A stretch of 64,000 nucleotides of DNA from Nitrospirota bacterium (GTDB lineage: Bacteria; Nitrospirota; JACRHJ01), in contig CAVTDB010000026.1 in assembly GCA_963733375.1 (NCBI GenBank), forward strand, positions 256,001 through 320,000, in the 5' to 3' direction. The notes below the pieces were generated by a model, which had not been told where the DNA came from, did not search any database, and saw only the letters and a program-made list of their open reading frames with translations. Positions 56,708 to 64,000 of this stretch are shown one piece after another. Both the position numbers and the translations under genes were made by a program. The number at the start of each line of letters is the position of its first letter. The stretch's first letter is position 1.

Positions 56708-59700
56708 ATGCGCTTCCACAAGCTGGAAATGACAGGTTTTAAATCCTTTTCGGACAAGACATCCGTCACCTTCGAGCGCGGCATGACCGCCGTGGTGGGG
56801 CCGAACGGGTGCGGGAAGAGCAACATCTCCGACGCCATACGCTGGGTGCTTGGCGAGAAGAGCGCCAAGAACATGCGCGGCGAAAAGATGGAGGACGTGA
56901 TCTTCAACGGGACCGAGGTGCGCAAAGCCACCGGGATGGCGGAGGTGAACCTTACGCTTCAGGACGTGGAGGGCGCGGACTCGCTGGGGTTCTCGGAGTT
57001 CAAGGAGATAACCATCACCCGCAGGCTGTACAGGAGCGGGGAGAGCGAGTACCTGATCAACAAGATACAGTGCCGCCTGAAAGACATCCGCGACCTGCTG
57101 ATGGATACCGGCGTCGGTTCCAGGGCGTATTCTATAATCGAGCAGGGAAAGATCGGCCAGCTTATAACGAGCAAGCCGGAGGAACGCCGCTTCATAATCG
57201 AAGAGGTCGCGGGGATAACGAAATACAAATCCCGCAAGAACGAGGCGTTATCGAAGCTGAAAGAGACCGAAGACAACTTAAGCCGCGTGAGCGACATAAT
57301 CCACGAGGTGAAGCGTCAGATAGGCTCGCTGGACAGGCAGGCGAAGAAGGCGGAGCGGTACAAAAAGCTCTCGTCGGAGCTTCGCGGCCTGGAACTCAAG
57401 ATGTCGTGGGACGACTACAACGCGCTCCTTGCAAAAAGCCAGGAGGTGGAGGAAGAGCACGAGAGGCTTGCTTCCCTGCAGTCGGCGGCGAAGAACTCGG
57501 TCTCGGCAAGGGAGGCGGACCTCTCCGAGGCGAGGCTCCAGCTTGTGGAGAAAGAGCGCTCGTTGATGGAGCATCAGCGCGAGGTCCATCGGCTGGAGTC
57601 CGAGGTGAGCCGGCTGGAGGCGCGCGCGGAAGTGGCGGCAAACCAGCTGAAGAACCTGGACGAGCGCGAGGAGCGCAGGCTTTCCGAGATGGGCCAGCTT
57701 AAAGTCGAGGAAGAAGACCTCCACCAGCAGGCGTCGTCTCTCAGGGAAGAGGAGCAGGCGCTTAAATCGGAGCTCGACGGCCTTCGTTCCGAGCTTCAGT
57801 CTCTTGAGGCCGAGTACCAGGAAAAGACCGACGGGGCGCACGCGCTTGAGCAGGAGATAGAGCATGGGCGGGTCCGGCTTTTCGATATGCAGGCGGGCCT
57901 TTCTAAGCAACCAGAACGTCCTCACGAGGCTGGAAGAGCGAAGGGCCGCGCTGGAAGCCCGCTCCGCGAGGGCGCTAGAGGAGAGGCGGGAGACGGAGGA
58001 AAACCTGTCCGCCGCCAAGCTTGCGGCAGAGAAGAAGAGGATGGAACTGGAGGCGGCCCGGTCTTCAAATAACGAACTCGAAGCCGAACGCGGCAGTCTG
58101 TCCGCTAAAGTGGACGAGACGCGCGCCTCGTTAAAAGGGCTTTCAGACGAGTTGGCCATTGGCAGGGAACAGCTCTCCCAGAAGTCGAACAGGCTGAAAT
58201 CCCTGAAAGAGCTGGAAGAGGGGCTGGAAGGGTTTGACGCGGGCGTGAAGGCCGTTGATATCCGAGAACAAGCGCGGCGCGCTTCCCGGTATCAGGGGGC
58301 TGGTCGCGGATATTCTTTCCGCAAGCCCGGAGCATGAGCGCGCGATCGAGGCGGTGCTTGGCGAGAGGCTCCAGAATATAATCGTCGGCGGCCACGACGA
58401 CGCGAAATCCGCGATTGAATTCCTCAAAGCGCGCGGCGCGGGCAGGGGGAGCTTTCTACCCGCGTTGCCGAAGGTCTTTTCCTGCTCGGAAGCTCCTGCG
58501 GGAGAAGGAATAATCGGCCCGGCGCTTTCGCTCTCGAATGTAAAGGACGGATACGAAGATATTCTAAAGAGCCTCCTGGGGCAAGTGCTGGTCGTCCGGG
58601 ACCTGGACGCCGCATTCTCAATCTGGGAGCAGGGCGCGGACTGGACGCTGGTTACGCTGGACGGAGAAGTGGTGGAACCTTCCGGCGCGGTTACCGGCGG
58701 GGCGGGCGGCTCGGGCGGGATACTTTCCAAGAAGCGCGAGATACGCGAACTGACCGAGGAAGTGGAGAGTCTTTCCCGGAGCAACCAGGCGGCCGAGGAC
58801 AGGCTTTCCGAGTCTAAGGCCCTGATGGAAGAACTGGAAGGGAAGCTGAAGGGGCTTCATGAGATTATAAATGAAAAGCGCGTTACCTTGGTAGGGCTGG
58901 AGAAGGACGCGGCGTCTCTGGCCGCTGAGACTTGAGCGGATAACGAAGAAGCTGGAAGTGCTGGACATCGAAGCGTCCCAGCGCTACCCAGGAAGAAGAT
59001 GAAATAAGAGAATCCCAGGTCAAAGCGCGCGCGGCCCTCGAAGAACTGGGCGAGAAGAAAAATAATGCGGAATCCGCGCTTTTTGCCGTGCAGGAAAATC
59101 TCAAGGCCGCTAAATCACAACTTGAGAGAGACCGGGAGGCGCTGACGGCGAAGAAGATGGACCTCTCGGCGCTTATCCAGAAGCACGAGTCATGGGCGCG
59201 TGATTTGAAACGGGCGGACCTTAAAAAAGAAGAGCTGGAACGAAGACGGACACGCCTTGAGGAAGAGGGACGCGAGATATCCGAGAAAAAAGATGAGTTG
59301 TCCAAAGGCCGCGCGGAAGCGGAAGGCAGCATCAATTCGTTTTTGACCGAGGCGATGGCGATGAAGGAGCAGGCGCCCGCGCTCCAGGATGCATACCAGA
59401 CCGCAAACGACGCCATAGAAGGCTTGGAAGAGTCGTTGAAATCGACCCGCCGGGAAGCCGAAGCGGCGCGGGACGCGTTAGGCGAGATCGAGCTTAAGCG
59501 CGCGGAACTGAAGCTGAAAGCCGAGCACCTGCTTGAGACCGTGGAGCATAACTACCACATCCGGATACCGGAGATAGAGGAAGAGTTCAAGGCGCTGGAG
59601 ATAGAGCGCGAGCAGGCGGAGATGGATGCGGCGGAGCTTAAGATAAAGCTTGAAAAACTCGGGCCGGTGAATGTCGGCGCGATAGAGGAATATAACGAGC

Positions 59701-60284
59701 TGATGGAGCGCTTCGAGTTCCTGAGTTCCCAGAAGCAGGACCTGGAGTCGTCGGTCTCGCGGCTTCGGGAGGCCATCGGCAAGATAAATAAAACTTCCGA
59801 AGAGCTTTTCACGGAGGCGTTCAACTCCATCAACGAGACTTTTAAAACGGTATTCCTCTCACTATTCGGCGGAGGACGCGCTGAGCTCGTACTCGTGCCG
59901 CCGGAGGAGGGAAACGACGTGCTGGATTCCGGCCTTGAGATTGTCGCCCAGCCGCCCGGAAAGAAGCTCCAGAGCCTGCTCCTGTTCTCCGGCGGCGAGA
60001 AGGCGCTTATAGCCGCCGCGCTGACGTTCGCATGTTTCCTCGTGAAGCCCTCGCCGTTCTGCGTCCTGGACGAGGTGGACGCGCCGCTTGACGAAGGCAA
60101 CGTAACGCGTTTCGGAAACCTGCTGAAAGAGTTCGCGGACAAGACCCAGTTCATCGTCATCACCCACAGCCGCCCCACGATGGAGCTTGCGGACGCGCTC
60201 TACGGCGTCACGATGGACGAGCCGGGCGTGTCGCGCCTCGTATCCGTCCGCCTCACGGAAGCGGCGGAACTGGCAGGGGTGTAA
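56708..60284 (+). CDS. smc: Chromosome segregation protein SMC (several frameshifts)
   Basis: GFKSF, VGPNGCGKSN, hinge motifs GRGSFLP and GAVTGG, LGPVN, SGGEK and LDEVDAPLD. Confidence 0.96.
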
Positions 60285-60289
60285 TACTA

Positions 60290-61000
60290 TTAGCTGTAAT
60301 GGTTTCATGATTATCGAATACATAAAATAGCAATCTTTAGCTACGTTGTTATTGCTGTTATTCGGAGGTACTTCCTGGTGACAATATGCATAATAAATTC
60401 TTTATGTTGATGACTCCAAAACTTAGTTTATCATTTGGATGCCATATAATTGAATAGGTACATGGAAAAACCGATGACAATAGCTGATAGTGGCATTATA
60501 ATTTTATAGGCTCAGTCATAAGATACTAGGAATCAAGAATTATGATTCCACGAGTATTATGTACGTCTATAGTAAATCTGAATGGTAAGTGGGTTCATTG
60601 CTATCAGAACGCATTAGTTTATAATATGCCGTATACGGATTGTAAAGACGCATTGTCTATTAACTTAGTACCGAGCCAGGCAATATGATTTACAAAGTTA
60701 CGCAAGACACTTCTTCCCTAATGCTATTGTTTATACCACACTTCAAAAGAATTACATTCGACGTCAATCTGAGTACAAATCATTAAATAGAAAAGATTGT
60801 AATAATTTGAATTAACTCTGTATTGATGTGTTTTGGCAAGAAATAGAATACTTATGAATTTCTAACTGACCTATTCTTCTGATGTTTCGACCAGGAACAT
60901 TACATCGATATGGAGGGTTATGTTTCCACAAGTGACATAATCTCGCGAAAATACTGTATCTAGGGCGGAAAGCTTTGTTTACCGACTCTATCTTATTTAT
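60290..61000. other. AT-rich islet lacking intact ORFs
   Basis: Abrupt visible drop in GC between smc and the FAD oxidase; only short ORFs. Confidence 0.6.
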
Positions 61001-61041
61001 AGACCGCTTCCAGAGCGGCATATTCCAGCTCCAGTTGGAGC

Positions 61042-61070
61042 AAATCCGCCTTTCCGGCGGATTTTTTATT
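61042..61070 (+). terminator. Intrinsic terminator
   Basis: AAATCCGCC-TTTCC-GGCGGATTT plus T tract. Confidence 0.8.
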
Positions 61071-61103
61071 TAAAAACAAGGGCCTCTGTGTTATCTTTAT
61101 TAA

Positions 61104-62493
61104 ATGGCAGGTGCTGAAATAATATCAAAGGATATAATAGATAGATTGAAGGCTATCGCCGGCCCGGAGAACGTCGTCTCGGACGAGACGGGGCTATTGG
61201 CTTACGCCTATGACGCGACACGCCTGAAGGGGACGCCGCAGGCGGTTGTCAGGCCGGGGACCGAGGAAGAGGTTTCCAAAATCCTGATCCTCGCAAGCGG
61301 GCATGGTATTCCTGTAATTCCTCGCGGGGCGGGGAGCGGCCTGTCCGGCGGCGCGGTGGCAAGCAGGGGCGGGATAATCCTCTCGTTCGAGAGGATGAGC
61401 CGCATACTTTCAATCGACGTGGGGAACCGAATCGCGACCGTCCAGCCCGGCGTGGTGACGGCGGACCTACAGAGGGCTGTCGAGGAGAAAGGGCTTTTTT
61501 ATCCGCCCGACCCGGGCAGCCTCGCGTTCTGCACAATCGGCGGGAACGTAGCCGAGAACGCGGGCGGGATGCGGGCGGTGAAATACGGCGTCACGCGCGA
61601 TTACGTTACCGGGCTTCGGGCCGTCCTGCCCTCCGGCGAAGTCATACGCGCGGGGGTAAAGACGGCCAAGGGCGTGGTGGGATACGACCTTGCCGCCTGC
61701 TGGTCGGCTCGGAAGGGACGCTTGCGGTAGTGACGGAGATAACTCTTAAGTTAATCCCATTGCCTGAGAGAGTGATTACCATGACAGCGTTCTTTGCCGG
61801 GACCAGGCTTGCGGGCGAGGCCGTCGCGGCTATAATGGCGTCTCCCTATACGCCCCGCTGCCTGGAGTTTCTGGACGGCGAGGCGCTTAACGCCGGGGCG
61901 AAGAAAATCGGCTACCAATTGCCGGAAGGCGCGGGCGCGTTCCTTCTGATAGAGACGGACGGAAACCGCGAGGAGGCGGCCCGGCAGATGGACGGAATCC
62001 GTGCGCATTGATGAAGGATAAGGCGCTGGAAATAAAAATTACGCAGGATAAAGCCTTCGCGGCGGAGCTATGGAAACTGCGCCGGAGCACGTCCCAGGCG
62101 CTCTTTTCGATTGCCCCGCATAAGATAAATGAAGACACCGTGGTGCCCATAACCAAAGTCCCGGAAGCCCTGGAAGGTTTCAAAGAGATAGCATCCAGCT
62201 CCGGCCAGAAGATAATATGTTTCGGCCACGCGGGAGACGGGAACATCCATGTAAACGTGATGACGGATAAGTCGGACCCGGAGAGGCTACGGAAAGCGGA
62301 AGAGGCGATAGAGGAAGTGTTCAGGCTGGTGCTCGCCCTTGGCGGGACGATTTCCGGGGAGCACGGAATCGGGCTTACCAAGCTTCCGTATATCGGGATG
62401 GAGCTGAATGATGTCGAGCTTAACCTGCTGAAGAAAATAAAATCGGTTTTCGATCCTGCGGGGATACTGAACCCCGGAAAAATCTTTCCTTAA
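61104..62493 (+). CDS. glcD: FAD-linked 2-hydroxyacid oxidase, GlcD/D-lactate dehydrogenase family (frameshifts near 61695 and 62005)
   Basis: PRGAGSGLSGG, PPDPGS, GGNVAENAGG, GHAGDGNIH, SGEHGIG and LNPGKI. Confidence 0.85.
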
Positions 62494-62511
62494 AAGTCAG
62501 CCGGAGGAGAC

Positions 62512-63771
62512 ATGGGGATTGTCGAAGAGGCGTGGGAGCGGTCCGAGACCGAGCGAATCCTTAACCACAACGTCGATGTCGCGGCCCAGAAGATAAACCT
62601 GGACAACGAGATGCGGACCTTTCTGAAGGTCCCGTTCCGCGAGATAAAGGTCCAGATACCGCTGAAGATGGACGACGGGCGTGTGGAGATATTCGTGGGA
62701 TACCGGGTCCAGCACAACCAGACGCGCGGCCCGATGAAGGGCGGCATAAGATATCACCCGCAGGTGAACCTTGGGGAGATAAGGGCGCTGGCGGCGGCGA
62801 TGACGTGGAAGACCGCGCTTATAGGTATCCCGTTCGGCGGCGCGAAGGGAGGCGTGACATGCAACCCGAAGGTGATGTCCCCGGGAGAGCTTGAGAGGCT
62901 TACACGGTTCTTCGTCACCAGGATAAGCGACAGCATCGGCCCGAACGTAGATATCCCCGCGCCCGACGTGAACACGAACCCCCAGGTAATGGCCTGGATA
63001 ATGGACGAATATTCAAAAAGGCACGGTTATTCTCCGGCGTCCGTAACGGGCAAGCCGGTGGAGCTCGGCGGCTCGGAGGGACGCATGGAGGCCACGGGCA
63101 GGGGCGTGACTTACCTGACGAAGCGGGCGTTCAAAGACAAAAAAATCGAAATACAGGGCGCGCGAGTTGTCGTGCAGGGGATGGGCAATGTCGGCGGGGT
63201 GTCCGCAAAATTGCTGGCGGACGAGGGATGCAAGGTTATCGCGATATCGGACAGCAGGGGAGGCCTGTACAACGAAGGGGGCCTTAACATCTCCCGCGTC
63301 ACGATGCACAAGGAGGAGACCGGCTCTCTAAAAGACTATAAAGGCGCGGACTATATCACGAATGAAGAGCTTCTCGAACTTCCCTGCGAGGCGCTGATAC
63401 CGGCGGCGCTGGAGTGCGTGATAATGGAGCATAACGCAGACAGGCTTAAATGCGCCATGTTAGTCGAGGCCGCGAACATACCGACCTCTCCGGAGGCCGA
63501 TAATATCCTTCAGGAGAAGGGCGTATATGTGGTCCCGGACATCCTTGCCAACGCGGGCGGGGTGCTGGTATCCTATTTCGAGTGGGCGCAGGACCTCCAG
63601 TCCGCATTCTGGGAAGAAGAACGGGTGAACAGGAAGCTCTCAAAGATGATGCTGGACGCATACGAGCTGGTAAAAGTAGTATCCGAGCAGAATAAAGTCA
63701 CTCTGCGGACGGCGGCCTATGCCATCGCTATTGAGAAAGTCTCGAAGGCTGTGAGGCTGAGGGGATTCTAA
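62512..63771 (+). CDS. gdhA: Glu/Leu/Phe/Val dehydrogenase (glutamate dehydrogenase)
   Basis: GPMKGGIRY, PFGGAKGG, PAPDVNT, GRMEATG, QGMGNVG and ANAGGV. Confidence 0.92.
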   Translation: MGIVEEAWERSETERILNHNVDVAAQKINLDNEMRTFLKVPFREIKVQIPLKMDDGRVEIFVGYRVQHNQTRGPMKGGIRYHPQVNLGEIRALAAAMTWKTALIGIPFGGAKGGVTCNPKVMSPGELERLTRFFVTRISDSIGPNVDIPAPDVNTNPQVMAWIMDEYSKRHGYSPASVTGKPVELGGSEGRMEATGRGVTYLTKRAFKDKKIEIQGARVVVQGMGNVGGVSAKLLADEGCKVIAISDSRGGLYNEGGLNISRVTMHKEETGSLKDYKGADYITNEELLELPCEALIPAALECVIMEHNADRLKCAMLVEAANIPTSPEADNILQEKGVYVVPDILANAGGVLVSYFEWAQDLQSAFWEEERVNRKLSKMMLDAYELVKVVSEQNKVTLRTAAYAIAIEKVSKAVRLRGF

Positions 63772-63780
63772 GCAAATTAT

Positions 63781-64000
63781 ATGCCTGAATACATAATAGA
63801 AGCGCGGGGACTGTACAAGGAATACTCCGGATACCCCGCCGTAAAGCACATAGATTTCACCGTGGAGCGGGCGGAGTGTTTCGGGTTCCTGGGCCCCAAC
63901 GGCGCGGGCAAGACCACGACCATGAACATGGTCCAGGGATACGTGACCATCACCGGCGGCACGCTCAGGATTTTCGGGATGGACGTCCGGGGGAACGAGA
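63781..64000 (+). CDS. ABC transporter ATP-binding protein (NodI/DrrA-like), 5' part only
   Basis: MPEYIIEARGLYKEY...FGFLGPNGAGKTT Walker A; runs off the window end. Confidence 0.85.
   Translation, partial: MPEYIIEARGLYKEYSGYPAVKHIDFTVERAECFGFLGPNGAGKTTTMNMVQGYVTITGGTLRIFGMDVRGNE

Overview
GC-rich bacterial chromosomal window. Gene order (trp operon with trpB2 and trpB1, murJ/rpsT/holA/lptE/leuS, hup/tRNA-Val/thrS/infC/rpmI/rplT, class V aminotransferase/serA/purA, smc) suggests a diderm, anaerobic or microaerophilic organism of Nitrospirota/Desulfobacterota type. That assignment is inference. Many essential genes are split by single-base indels, most likely long-read assembly errors, so split ORFs are reported as single genes. 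The main accessory feature lies just downstream of tRNA-Lys: a ~7.6 kb enediyne-type (PksE-like) iterative PKS (KS-AT-ACP-KR-DH-PPTase). It has an in-frame N-terminal PilZ-like domain and probably two fused E10-type hotdog thioesterases, and is followed by a membrane GGDEF-EAL gene. This is a candidate c-di-GMP-gated, single-gene polyene synthase, with no E3/E4/E5 enediyne core genes in the window. Also present: a putative sphingolipid cluster (CerR-like reductase, serine palmitoyltransferase, CTP-dependent lipid kinase, Aur1-like PAP2), Fur/Feo/DtxR iron and PerR/rubrerythrin/cydAB oxygen-defence modules, covarying intrastrand-triplex-like repeats, several structured leaders and two AT-rich ORF-less islets.
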